Shown here: one piece after another, positions 9,126 to 18,338 of the stretch
Position numbering within the stretch: position 1 is the stretch's first letter
Layout of the letters: every line of letters starts with the position of its first letter
Source of the DNA: a virus
Virus record (IMG/VR): IMGVR_UViG_3300032893_000030
Location: 9,454 to 73,453 of that record
Direction: 5' to 3' (one strand)
Length of the DNA: 64,000 nt
Notes under the pieces: model-generated
What the model was told of the DNA's origin: nothing
Seen by the model: only the letters and a program-made list of their open reading frames with translations
Databases searched by the model: none
Made by a program: the position numbers and the translations under genes

Positions 9126-9160
9126 GCCTTCGGGGTGGTTCCCGAAGGCTTTTTTGTTTC
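9126..9160 (+). terminator. rho-independent terminator
   Basis: GCCTTCGGG-gtggtt-CCCGAAGGC followed by TTTTTTGTTT. Textbook intrinsic terminator. Confidence 0.7.
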
Positions 9161-9212
9161 ATCAAAGCTATACAAAAGTTTTTCATATTCAAATGTTCAT
9201 TATTTTAGTGGG

Positions 9213-9941
9213 ATGATTTTTTTGGAGGATTATTTCATTGTTCGGCCTGATTCATTCTATGCCGAGAAGAAAACCGCAACGGGACTTGAAACCCTCAATA
9301 CAGCATGGATCATGCGCGGTGATCGCGATGAAAACGAATTCAAATGCCTTAAAGGAACCATCATTGCCTCCCCGATCGGGTATTCATTGAACCGGTATTC
9401 GCCAATTGATCGCGGACTTCCAAATCATCGGCTATTCATCAGCCATGACCGTCTTCAGTATCGCGAGAATACCGGAGCCAACATTGAGAAAACCCCCTAT
9501 CATCCGGGAATGATGCTTGATTTCAAATACCTGAGTTTTCAAGATTATGCCCAGCGCGTAACAGCAAAAAAGGGTGATCAAGTCTACTTTCATCCACATG
9601 TAACCGAACAGGAAAATCTATTTCCGGATGGCACCTATAAAGTGCGTGTTGATCAATTGATCTGCACACTCGATCCTATCTGTCCACAAGGCCAATATGT
9701 ATTGATCCAGCCGGTTATGGAATCCGAAGATGAGATCACCATGGGTGGATTTCAAATCAAAATTGAGGCGCAAGTAAAAGCACTCCAGGGAATTGTGCGG
9801 TACACGAATAATGGGATGGTGAGTGCTGGAGATCATGTAATTTTCGAAGAGGCATCTGATTGGGAAGTTGACATTGAGGGTGAAAAATTTTATGTGATGC
9901 AAATGGAAAATCTCCTGATGAAACTAAAACCAGCAGTATGA
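9213..9941 (+). CDS. tandem (double) Cpn10/GroES-fold protein
   Basis: 243 aa from ATG 9213. Table ORF starts at 9111 but that would include the terminator. C-terminal half ITMGGFQIKIEAQVKALQGIVRYTNNGMVSAGDHVIFEEASDWEVDIEGEKFYVMQMENLLMKL aligns with GroES (TAGGIVL...GEVLAVGNG...VKVGDIVIF...IDNEEVLIMSESDILAIV). N-terminal half has a weaker repeat of the same pattern (FIVRPDSFYAEKKTATGL...KGTIIASPIG...KKGDQVYFHPHVTEQENLFPDGTYKVRVDQLICTL). Confidence 0.5.
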   Translation: MIFLEDYFIVRPDSFYAEKKTATGLETLNTAWIMRGDRDENEFKCLKGTIIASPIGYSLNRYSPIDRGLPNHRLFISHDRLQYRENTGANIEKTPYHPGMMLDFKYLSFQDYAQRVTAKKGDQVYFHPHVTEQENLFPDGTYKVRVDQLICTLDPICPQGQYVLIQPVMESEDEITMGGFQIKIEAQVKALQGIVRYTNNGMVSAGDHVIFEEASDWEVDIEGEKFYVMQMENLLMKLKPAV

Positions 9942-10315
9942 TAAAGCAACTTGATTATGTGGTTTTTCCCAGCGAAGAAAAAACCATTTCAGTGGAAGAC
10001 GATGATCAATATGGCGGTGCCCATCGCTATGTGATCAGGAATTGCCGAGGTTTCAATGACGGTAAAACGGAATACATCGAGCAGCCACAAGTCATTCAGT
10101 TCGTCAAGAAACTTGATGACGGGACTATTATTGATGGATTACAATCTGAGCAGCTCGCCCTGGTTCTCTTTGATCGTGCCAAGAAACTCAATGAACGATT
10201 CCCAAGTACACAGAACGAGACGATGCTTGAAGGATTGAAAATTTTTCTTCAGGCATGTCAGGATCGTGTACAGGAAAGAATGTCGCGCGGAGTAATGGGC
10301 GAACTCAAGAAGTAA
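9938..10315 (+). CDS. hypothetical protein
   Basis: 125 aa. ATGA overlap with the upstream gene. No family recognised. Confidence 0.45.
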   Translation: MIKQLDYVVFPSEEKTISVEDDDQYGGAHRYVIRNCRGFNDGKTEYIEQPQVIQFVKKLDDGTIIDGLQSEQLALVLFDRAKKLNERFPSTQNETMLEGLKIFLQACQDRVQERMSRGVMGELKK

Positions 10316-10322
10316 AACAAAA

Positions 10323-10358
10323 AAGCCCGAACTTCAATCTGAGTCAGGGCTTCTTGTA
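10323..10358 (+). terminator. weak hairpin after + strand gene
   Basis: AAGCCC-(18 nt)-GGGCTT preceded by an A-run. T-tract poor. Confidence 0.25.
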
Positions 10359-10427
10359 AATTACTTGCCCAAAGTGGTGAGGAGCCAAATGGACTAGGTT
10401 GAGACAAATGTAAGTAAATATTTGATT

Positions 10428-10694
10428 ATGTTGCACGAAGAACTTTTGGAACACCTTGAACGCGAACTTGATCTTTTACACCAAAAAGTAAAACACATGG
10501 CACTTACCATCAATGATTTGAGTACCAAACTGGATACTCTTCAATCGACAGTTGATCAGAAATCCTCAGAAGTTACCGCAGCACTCGCGGACCTGAAGAA
10601 TCAAATTGCCAACTCATCCAATCCTGATGTCCAGGCGCTTGGAGACAAGGTAGATGCGATTGCTGCTGCTGTTGCCGGCATACCAACAACGTGA
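10428..10694 (+). CDS. coiled-coil hypothetical protein
   Basis: About 88 aa. Heptad-like LEHLERELDLLHQKVKHMALTINDLSTKLDTLQSTVDQK. Table start 10422 is TTG; ATG at 10428 preferred. Confidence 0.4.
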   Translation: MLHEELLEHLERELDLLHQKVKHMALTINDLSTKLDTLQSTVDQKSSEVTAALADLKNQIANSSNPDVQALGDKVDAIAAAVAGIPTT

Positions 10695-10891
10695 GTCATC
10701 AGTTCTCTTTATTTGGATATCAGCGGCCGCGCGCGAAAGTCCCCATAAGCGCTGAACGGATTCGGCAGATACAATCTGAGATTGAATCAGGCAAGGATAA
10801 GGACGCGCTTGATCACATGCGATTGCTTCGTGAGTCTCTGGAGAATTACGAACGCAGGATCAGAACAAAATCACTTGTTGAGGGTGAATAG
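10691..10891 (+). CDS. hypothetical protein
   Basis: 66 aa. ATGA overlap with the upstream gene. Converges on the - strand structural block. Confidence 0.35.
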   Translation: MSHQFSLFGYQRPRAKVPISAERIRQIQSEIESGKDKDALDHMRLLRESLENYERRIRTKSLVEGE

Positions 10892-11395
10892 AACCTGGGT
10901 GTTGGATGCTGAAGCATCATAAGATACCGGTGCCCCGCCATTCTGGAATTCAGCATTTGTTGGAAATGTTTGTTCCTGAAGAACAGCCGCAGCGGATCCC
11001 AAACTCTGAGCTTTGATTCTCCGATATGGTTTCGGGATTTTGTAGACCGAAATCCCAGATTGTGAACTGGGGAATGCCGCTTCCAGCGTCATCCGGTTTT
11101 GGCTCTTGACAAACAAAATCCTGCGCGCATACAGGCACAAGCCATCAGTGATGTAATCGTTTGGATTGAACTCGTCCTGAAACTTGGTATTGGCATCACC
11201 GAGTACTTCTTTACCCAAAGAGGCATCTGTATTGAATGTGCTCAGGGTTCCTGATTTGTAGACCCTGATCGGCAAAACACCTTTGTTGGGCACCGTCCCA
11301 AGAATAGGATGAGATGTGGATCCTGAAGGACCGACAACGACCCGTATGGCTTCTATGTCATCATGTATGAGGGTCGGATTCAAGCCTGTTGCCAT
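10871..11395 (-). CDS. hypothetical virion-module protein
   Basis: 174 aa. Last gene of the long - strand block. Confidence 0.5.
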   Translation of the reverse strand: MATGLNPTLIHDDIEAIRVVVGPSGSTSHPILGTVPNKGVLPIRVYKSGTLSTFNTDASLGKEVLGDANTKFQDEFNPNDYITDGLCLYARRILFVKSQNRMTLEAAFPSSQSGISVYKIPKPYRRIKAQSLGSAAAVLQEQTFPTNAEFQNGGAPVSYDASASNTQVLFTLNK

Positions 11396-11420
11396 AAGCG
11401 TAATTTTAGATTAAAGGTAC

Positions 11421-14400
11421 TCAAAAGTTTGGTTTGGAGGACTTCTTAACCTGGTTCATCTGCCACTTGAGTAGATCCACATCTATTGGCAGGGTCACTT
11501 TTGTCTTCACATTAAGTCCAGTATTCGTCAGGAACTGATCACGGCCAAGGTCAGCGGCTTTGTCATACAGAAAGCGAAGTGTTTTCTTGCGCGTTTCCGG
11601 GGAATCATTATCCCAAGTCTTGATATATGAGGATGCGTAATTTGCCCGTTGCTGACCAACGTATTGCGCCAATAGCGAATATTCATCTCCGGTAAGTTGA
11701 CGGCTTTGGCCATTGTAAGTGATCTTTCGCGTTGGACTTTGTGGCAACCAGTCGCCACTGTAATCGGTTTTCCAAGCCTCATATAATTTGAATCGGAAGC
11801 CATCAGTATCAACAGCACGGAATTTTGATGGATCGAATAAATAATAAAATGCCTTGTTACGTCCTTCGGGGGCACCGGTTATCTTGTCACCCCAGATATT
11901 GACTTTTGCCGGCAGACTTTCACCAATGAATAGTTTGGTCTTGTAGGTATTGACGAGTTTCTTTCCAAAGGAGTCATCCTTAATATCCCTGGAATAAGTG
12001 TCCGATGCCCTGCTGATAGATGCAACAACATTTGGAAGGGCAATCGCGCCAAGCGTTTCGGTGGTCTTCAATAACCAGGCCTGCGTTTTCTCATCTCCTC
12101 CGTCTCGAATGGCCTCAAGCAATGTTGATGTACCAGAAAGGAAAGTTTGATCAAGCGCATTGGAAGCTGTCCTGATGCCAGTTTCGGAGATGTCGGTCAG
12201 ATATGTCTCGAGTCCGCCATGCATACTGCCGGTTTTGGCTACGCGATCTTTGTACAGATTGGAATAATTATCGAATAGCACACCAAGCACACCCATCCGC
12301 TGATAGCTGACCCAGATGTCATCTTTTTTTGTTTCCCAACCGTGTCCAGACAGGCCTCGCGATATGGCCGAAGCATTGATGGAATTCGCTGGCGGTGCCC
12401 CGCCTTCAGCCTGGAAGTCACGTTTCTTTTTTTCCTTGTCATCATCCCCGGTCAAAAGTCCACGCATGAATAGACTCGAGGCGACCGACCAAATCATTGT
12501 GCCTACCATGGCCTTTCCGGCCAGTACGCTTGCCTGACGTTTATTCCCAAGATTTGCCTGATGAATGGCCATTCCGAGCGTGATCGGCGGTGCTGCATAT
12601 TGCAGAGTTTCCGACATCAGGTTCCATGGTGTTTTAATGAAGAGAATCTGCGATTTCAATAGCACCTTCGCGGCACCGCCAAGCAATGGACCGCCCTTCT
12701 CCTCAATCATATTGAGAAATGAGGCAATTCCCCGCTGCAGGTTCTGTCCAAAGTGCCCTTGTTGTTGAAATGTTGATTCCTCCCCAGCTTTCGTGATCTC
12801 GGCCTGTGATTCTTCATCCGGCAGAGCAATGAATTTCTCCGCCTCTGCACCGGTAAGTCCTTTCAATTTTGCCAATTCATAGGCTTTTGCCATTTCAGCC
12901 GCGCGCCGCCATGGTTTATCCCCAAGATTTAGTGCTCGGAACATGGCTTCTGCCTCCCAACCTATGGTGCCCTCAATGGCATCATTAATCTTTTGGGAAA
13001 GTGATCGATCGGCCTGCACCCAACGCTCAATGGCGCGTCCAGGATTAAAGTTTGAATGGATCTCTCTCAGATTGCGTTCATTGGCTTGGGCACCTGTCTT
13101 GAGTTGATTAAGACCTTCAATTGTGCCACTCCATCCGCCCTTAAAATATCCTTTCTGTGCAGCTACAAGATCAATCGTCCGATCCTTGAATGTTTCCGGT
13201 AGCATGCCGAGTTTAGCCATCTGTGACATCATGTAATCAGCGAACTGCCCGCTGGCGGTGGACATAAACCGGATTGGCTGAAATGTCAGATTGTAAAAGA
13301 CGTTTGATACTAAAGAAAGCACCGACATGACATTACCCTGCATTATGGCAATTAATGTATCGGATAATTTATTCGGGGTGGTAGCGAAATTCTGCAAGTG
13401 CTGATTTGCCTGAATTGCCGCTTCACGTAATTCTTTCAACTTAGCAAATCCTTCAGGAGTGAAGTTTTCGCGTAGGTCTTTTTCAAATTTCTCAGCCGTT
13501 GAAATTGTTTTGGCTAATTCACGAACTTTTGCTTTGTCTTCAGCAGACAATTTGCGGTATCCCAATTGTTTTGCATACAGATCATTGAACTTCTGATCGG
13601 TAAGTTTACCCTCATTGTACGCATCAACAACCGACTGAATGAAGTCTTTCTTTTTCTTTCCCTTGATCTTTGGTGTTTCTACTGCTTGCTCATTGATATT
13701 TTCGGCCTTAACTGGTGAAGTCAATAACTGTTCGACCCCTGGCTGGACTGCCTGTTTGAATTTTTCTTCATCGAATGGCTCCTTTTGATTGGCCTTGATG
13801 TAGTCGATGCCGGCTTGAATGGCATTTGCGACATCCGCCCCCGTCAGTATGGCTTGCTTAATGATGTCCAGCGAAGCATTCCAGACATGCGGCAATACAC
13901 CAATCGGAAGAATAGTTGCCGTGGCAATGCCGCCCTTGGTGTTGATCTTGAGTTTATCGAAGAAGTCACCGATTTGCTTCTTTTTTGACTCACTGATCAG
14001 TTTTGCCTTCTCAAGACGTTTGCCGACCTGCTCTTGAACTCCCTTTTCTACCAAGCGCCTGATTTCCGCTTCAATCTGCTGCTTGGACATTGCCACCGCA
14101 TTTTGAATAGGGCCAAGCAGATTATCGGCCTGTTGCCGGTTCTGCCGCTCGACGGCCATGACAATTTGGTCCTCTCCAGACTGTAGAATCTTCTTCCAGA
14201 ATTTACCGGTATTGGATGTGCGGCCGGACTGCATCAGGAAATTCTCAGCCCAGAAAGCCAAATCCACGGCCTTTTCGTATAGAACGGTTTTTTCCTGTGG
14301 ATCCGTTGCCGCCTCAGCCTGCCGGGTGTATTGGTCGAATAATTGTCCCGCCATCACACTGCGCGTGTCTCCTGATATTCCATTGCTGGTATCTCTGATT

Positions 14401-14870
14401 GCGGCTTCGGAGGCCTCTGGACCAAGTTCCTTGATCTTTTGGGCGGCCTGTTCTTCAGTCAGATTCAATCCCTTTGGAATGTAGGTATCACCCTTGGTTT
14501 TCAGGCCGGATTTGACCTCTGTAGGCTGTCCAGACTCTTCTACTCGCTTACCAAGTGCAAATTGCCTGGCTGCGGGTTCATTAGAGGCTGTAGAAGGCGT
14601 TGTAGTTGTTGGTGGTGCTGGAGGTTGTCCAGATGTCGGTTCGCTTGGCTGGCTTTGAATCTTGCCGCGTGTAGTGCCTTTTAATCCAAGCTGTTTATGA
14701 ACCTGCTTTATCCCTTCAACAATCTTTGCTTGCTCATCAGACAAAGCCTTCATATCAGCCTCCTTCTCACTCATGCCGGATTTCTGATATTCCTGACTTC
14801 TGGCGAGTAATGCCGCCTTGTCCTGTTCGGTGAGAACCTTGTTTTTGCCTAAACAATCACCCAGCGCCAT
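11421..14870 (-). CDS. large virion-associated protein (putative internal/ejection or tail protein)
   Basis: 1149 aa. N-terminal coiled coil. Pro/Thr linker (PPAPPTTTTPSTAS). Central hydrophobic TM-like segments (AAPPITLGMAIH, VLAGKAMVGTMIWSVASSLFMRGLLTG). No enzymatic motif recognised. Confidence 0.55.
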   Translation of the reverse strand: MALGDCLGKNKVLTEQDKAALLARSQEYQKSGMSEKEADMKALSDEQAKIVEGIKQVHKQLGLKGTTRGKIQSQPSEPTSGQPPAPPTTTTPSTASNEPAARQFALGKRVEESGQPTEVKSGLKTKGDTYIPKGLNLTEEQAAQKIKELGPEASEAAIRDTSNGISGDTRSVMAGQLFDQYTRQAEAATDPQEKTVLYEKAVDLAFWAENFLMQSGRTSNTGKFWKKILQSGEDQIVMAVERQNRQQADNLLGPIQNAVAMSKQQIEAEIRRLVEKGVQEQVGKRLEKAKLISESKKKQIGDFFDKLKINTKGGIATATILPIGVLPHVWNASLDIIKQAILTGADVANAIQAGIDYIKANQKEPFDEEKFKQAVQPGVEQLLTSPVKAENINEQAVETPKIKGKKKKDFIQSVVDAYNEGKLTDQKFNDLYAKQLGYRKLSAEDKAKVRELAKTISTAEKFEKDLRENFTPEGFAKLKELREAAIQANQHLQNFATTPNKLSDTLIAIMQGNVMSVLSLVSNVFYNLTFQPIRFMSTASGQFADYMMSQMAKLGMLPETFKDRTIDLVAAQKGYFKGGWSGTIEGLNQLKTGAQANERNLREIHSNFNPGRAIERWVQADRSLSQKINDAIEGTIGWEAEAMFRALNLGDKPWRRAAEMAKAYELAKLKGLTGAEAEKFIALPDEESQAEITKAGEESTFQQQGHFGQNLQRGIASFLNMIEEKGGPLLGGAAKVLLKSQILFIKTPWNLMSETLQYAAPPITLGMAIHQANLGNKRQASVLAGKAMVGTMIWSVASSLFMRGLLTGDDDKEKKKRDFQAEGGAPPANSINASAISRGLSGHGWETKKDDIWVSYQRMGVLGVLFDNYSNLYKDRVAKTGSMHGGLETYLTDISETGIRTASNALDQTFLSGTSTLLEAIRDGGDEKTQAWLLKTTETLGAIALPNVVASISRASDTYSRDIKDDSFGKKLVNTYKTKLFIGESLPAKVNIWGDKITGAPEGRNKAFYYLFDPSKFRAVDTDGFRFKLYEAWKTDYSGDWLPQSPTRKITYNGQSRQLTGDEYSLLAQYVGQQRANYASSYIKTWDNDSPETRKKTLRFLYDKAADLGRDQFLTNTGLNVKTKVTLPIDVDLLKWQMNQVKKSSKPNF

Positions 14871-15135
14871 GTAAAAATGCTTGAATTACACCAAAGATAA
14901 TCTCTTCCTCCTCAAGTTCTTCCTGTTCATTGAACTGTGGGAGTTTGGATTCGCCAAAATGAACAGGACCACCGCCGATCGGCGGCTGACTTAAACTGTG
15001 CGATCCGCGCGAAACTGGCGGCGGAGGCGGAGGAATAAATGTAAAAATGAGCAGACCGCGAGAAGCAATGGCCAGCGGAATATGAGTGCCATCGGAAAGA
15101 TACCCATCAGAAGCGGCTGAAATCGGACTGACCAC
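14857..15135 (-). CDS. hypothetical protein
   Basis: 92 aa. Tightly packed between neighbours with a 14 nt overlap. Pro-rich centre. Confidence 0.35.
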   Translation of the reverse strand: MVSPISAASDGYLSDGTHIPLAIASRGLLIFTFIPPPPPPVSRGSHSLSQPPIGGGPVHFGESKLPQFNEQEELEEEEIIFGVIQAFLHGAG

Positions 15136-15136
15136 A

Positions 15137-15535
15137 TTAAGTTCTGGTTACTGTACTTGTTGTGACTCCATCTCCGGTAATTGCCTGATTTATCGCTCCA
15201 GCACTACGAGTAGTCGGAGTGACCGTCATTGGATTGGCCGACTGAAGACCCTGCAATTTATGCAACTCATCAAGCTGAGTGGAGAGCACGATTTGATTTC
15301 CCGCGAATTGAATCTCTTTATATCCCTTGACTACACCACCATTTGTTTGAATAATGGCGATGTAGATACCATCAGCAATTGATCCTGGTGCATTGCCATA
15401 ATAATGCCCGCTTCGGTTCGTGTTTTCAGTCATGGTTACATCACTTCCGATCTGCGTATTTCCAGACCAGAATTTGCACACCAAGGTTAAACCGGTGTCC
15501 GAAGCGGGGAGTACTATGTTTATTTCGTTGGCCAC
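15137..15535 (-). CDS. hypothetical protein
   Basis: 132 aa. Ser/Thr/Gly-rich. Confidence 0.45.
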   Translation of the reverse strand: MANEINIVLPASDTGLTLVCKFWSGNTQIGSDVTMTENTNRSGHYYGNAPGSIADGIYIAIIQTNGGVVKGYKEIQFAGNQIVLSTQLDELHKLQGLQSANPMTVTPTTRSAGAINQAITGDGVTTSTVTRT

Positions 15536-16128
15536 GGTTGCTTTGTAAAGGTAGCGATAATATCCTGTGCTGCTTCCTTATAATTTTGGAATGCCATCTG
15601 CTGATACTCTTGATTTCTCGCGGCCAATTCAGGAGTCATAGTGTAACCCCATGTCACATTGAAGTGACATTTGTAGAAATCGTTGTGTGGCGCGTTCAAT
15701 GCTCTCCAGTTTACATCCAGATAGTAGAACCAAAATTCTGCCACCGGAGGGAATTTATGAGTAAGATCCCCGTAGGCGCGCGATGATGCCCAATGCGGTG
15801 TGACGATCAACGCTTTCCCTTCAGGCTTGAGTACACGGTACAATTCATTGACGAAGTGAACTCGCTCCATTGGCTCAAGATGTTCCACGAAATGTGAAGC
15901 ATGTGCTTCTTCTACTGAGTTGTCTTTCCATGGCCATTTATCCTTGCCGATATTCATCACGACATCGACACCCTCAAACTTGATGATGTCAATACCGGTG
16001 AATCCTTCTTTCTTTCTTGTGCCACAGCCAAAATCAAGTTTGATCGGTGGGTTTCCTTCCAGCGTATCCTTGATGCGCTTTGATGATTTCATTTTATTCA
16101 TTGGTTTTTCGGTTGTTTCTGATTTCAC
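15520..16128 (-). CDS. class I SAM-dependent methyltransferase
   Basis: 202 aa. Motif I LDFGCGTRK. HFVEHLE...LKPEGKALIV. Paralogue-like to 5977..6519. Confidence 0.75.
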   Translation of the reverse strand: MKSETTEKPMNKMKSSKRIKDTLEGNPPIKLDFGCGTRKKEGFTGIDIIKFEGVDVVMNIGKDKWPWKDNSVEEAHASHFVEHLEPMERVHFVNELYRVLKPEGKALIVTPHWASSRAYGDLTHKFPPVAEFWFYYLDVNWRALNAPHNDFYKCHFNVTWGYTMTPELAARNQEYQQMAFQNYKEAAQDIIATFTKQPWPTK

Positions 16129-16835
16129 CAGGTTATGTCTTCAACGGGATCATAGTGACCAACTTTCACTGAACAATCAATCGCTGCCCGATATCCAAAC
16201 TTTCTGAAATCAGACCACGCGTATAAGTCTTGAGTTCCAGCACCTTCTTTGCCGGCTGTAGTCTTGAACCATGGTTTTCTGAGTCGTTCATCTTTGAAGA
16301 GTTTCATGCGAAAAAGAGTGAACCCCATTCCTGTTCCGCAACACTCAACGAGTCCGCCATTCGGATCTGGTGGCTGTGGTCTGAAGTTCAAAATCGGATC
16401 TTTCGGATCTCCCCAGATTTGACAGCACCCTCCAATTCCTTTTGTGAAATAAAGTCCTCCTATCGCGGCAAATTCTTTATGCATTTCCATTCGCTCCAGA
16501 AGCCTTATCAATCCATCTGGTGGCGGGATATTGTCGTGTTCGATTGTGAGGATATACTCCCACTTTGATAACTCAGGATGTTTCAATATTTCTTCAATGG
16601 CATTGGAGAATGCTTCACCTACTTCCATGCCGATACATGCCATCCGGTATGAAGGATTGTTGGGTGGGAAGATCAATCCGCAATGTGAAAGATAAACTTT
16701 TGTTGGAATGCTTGGGCCAGCAGGGATTAGCATGATCACGCGCTGTCTCCGCCATGATCCTCCTTGAATAAGTCGCTGTCCTGATTTGTGTAAGTCTTTG
16801 TTATGGACTCCTTGTTCTAATCCGATGATAGGCAT
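16125..16835 (-). CDS. glycosyltransferase (GT-A fold, family-2-like)
   Basis: 236 aa. ILTIEHDN (DxD-like) and C-terminal DLYAWSDFRKFGYRAAIDCSVKVGHY, typical of GT2/GT25-type LPS/capsule transferases. Confidence 0.65.
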   Translation of the reverse strand: MPIIGLEQGVHNKDLHKSGQRLIQGGSWRRQRVIMLIPAGPSIPTKVYLSHCGLIFPPNNPSYRMACIGMEVGEAFSNAIEEILKHPELSKWEYILTIEHDNIPPPDGLIRLLERMEMHKEFAAIGGLYFTKGIGGCCQIWGDPKDPILNFRPQPPDPNGGLVECCGTGMGFTLFRMKLFKDERLRKPWFKTTAGKEGAGTQDLYAWSDFRKFGYRAAIDCSVKVGHYDPVEDITW

Positions 16836-16847
16836 AGTGGTTTATGC

Positions 16848-18338
16848 TTATTGAATTCCTAAAATTTGAAAATACATCCGTGAATGATTGCCAAGTGAGC
16901 TGATTGCTGACAGCGGGAAATTCGCTGTAGTTCCGCCTCCAGCAGTTGAGAAACTACCAGCACCAAGCATTAGACCGGCTGATGTACCATTGGTTGATCC
17001 CATTACTCTGAAGATAGAGTTAACCATCGTACCAGCGAAGTAGTTTGAGTACTGCACGTTAGCGCCAGTCATATTTGAATAACCACCAGCAGAATTTGTT
17101 GCCGATGAAGAACTGTAACCAATGACTGCCCAATATGGTCCATCCAAAAGACTTCCGATCATTTCAATGTCAATGAACCGGCCAGCGGAAAACTGTGTAG
17201 CAATCTGATTTGTGGTCAGTGAATAGTTAGTATTGGATATGGAATATTGCGTAGTTAATGTCGTTCCTGCGCCATTGGCATGCGCGGAAAAAGCCTGTGT
17301 CACGGAGTATTGAGTACCATTGACGGCAACACTCATGGAGTTCATGAATGTGTAACCGTTGCTTCCGGAAGTGACTGAATAAAGCTGGGTTGAATTTGTT
17401 CCTGTGCCGACTGAATAGATCACAGCGTTCCATGTGCTATACAATGCTCCTGACACATTGGCCGTCTGTGCTGTTGTACCAAAAGTGGTACTACCTGTTG
17501 TCATGCTTACAGGAATACGTAAGTACGACATGGTGATTGGATTTGGCACCTGAAATACAGCGGCGTGTGATATAGAGACACCGTTTATTCCACCAGTTGC
17601 AGCAGCAATAGGAGCAAAGAAATTTTCGTAAGATGAAATGAATGGCTGTACAACAGCAATCACCAATGATGAGTTGGAAAATCCAACTGAAGCAAGACCA
17701 CTACCATAAATCGATTGTGAACGCGCATCAAAAGTTGATGACGTTGATTGCCCTCCTATCGTGTTACCTACTGCATATTCACCGAATGTCTGATTGGACT
17801 GTGAGAATGAAACAGTTCCGGTAATAGTCGAACCACTTAATCCAAAAGAAATGTTATTGGAATTGGAAAAAACAACTGATCCAAGATTGCCACTACTTCC
17901 ACCGGCAGAGAAATTTACCGGTGAAGGCGCTGCGGAAAATGATGCAGTGACTGTTGATCCACTCAGTCCGAATGAAATGCTATTGGCATTTGAGAAGACA
18001 AGACTACTCAACAGATTACTTGCTGTACCGGCAGAAAAAGCAATGTTTGTCAAACTCGAAGCAACTGATGCGGTAACTACCGATGAGTTGCTCATTCCAA
18101 ACGTCACGTTGTTGCTGTTGGAGAAGAAGATATCTCCGGTGCGTCCAACTTGAGTTCCGGCACTTATTCCTTGGACATTGCTTTGCGTCTGATTTGACTG
18201 TGAAAAAGATGCTGTGACAGTCTGTCCGTTGATTCCAAAAGAAACACTGTTACTATTTGAGAATACAACTTGCCCTAATGAGGCCGAACCAGCACCTGCT
18301 GAAATCGAACCTGGCGCTATGAGTTGTTCAGCAATCAC
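16848..18338 (-). CDS. tail fibre / receptor-binding protein with internal repeats
   Basis: 496 aa. At least 4 tandem ~35-40 aa repeats of (V/I)(V/F)FSNSN-x-(S/T)FG-x-(S/N)G-x-T(V/I)TAS. The repeats are also visible at DNA level around 17.8-18.2 kb. Confidence 0.7.
   Translation of the reverse strand: MIAEQLIAPGSISAGAGSASLGQVVFSNSNSVSFGINGQTVTASFSQSNQTQSNVQGISAGTQVGRTGDIFFSNSNNVTFGMSNSSVVTASVASSLTNIAFSAGTASNLLSSLVFSNANSISFGLSGSTVTASFSAAPSPVNFSAGGSSGNLGSVVFSNSNNISFGLSGSTITGTVSFSQSNQTFGEYAVGNTIGGQSTSSTFDARSQSIYGSGLASVGFSNSSLVIAVVQPFISSYENFFAPIAAATGGINGVSISHAAVFQVPNPITMSYLRIPVSMTTGSTTFGTTAQTANVSGALYSTWNAVIYSVGTGTNSTQLYSVTSGSNGYTFMNSMSVAVNGTQYSVTQAFSAHANGAGTTLTTQYSISNTNYSLTTNQIATQFSAGRFIDIEMIGSLLDGPYWAVIGYSSSSATNSAGGYSNMTGANVQYSNYFAGTMVNSIFRVMGSTNGTSAGLMLGAGSFSTAGGGTTANFPLSAISSLGNHSRMYFQILGIQ

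Noticed and set aside
9111-9212. 5' extension of the tandem-Cpn10 ORF to 9111
   Set aside because: The extension contains the intrinsic terminator hairpin and a Phe/Gly-rich nonsense translation. The first sensible ATG is 9213.
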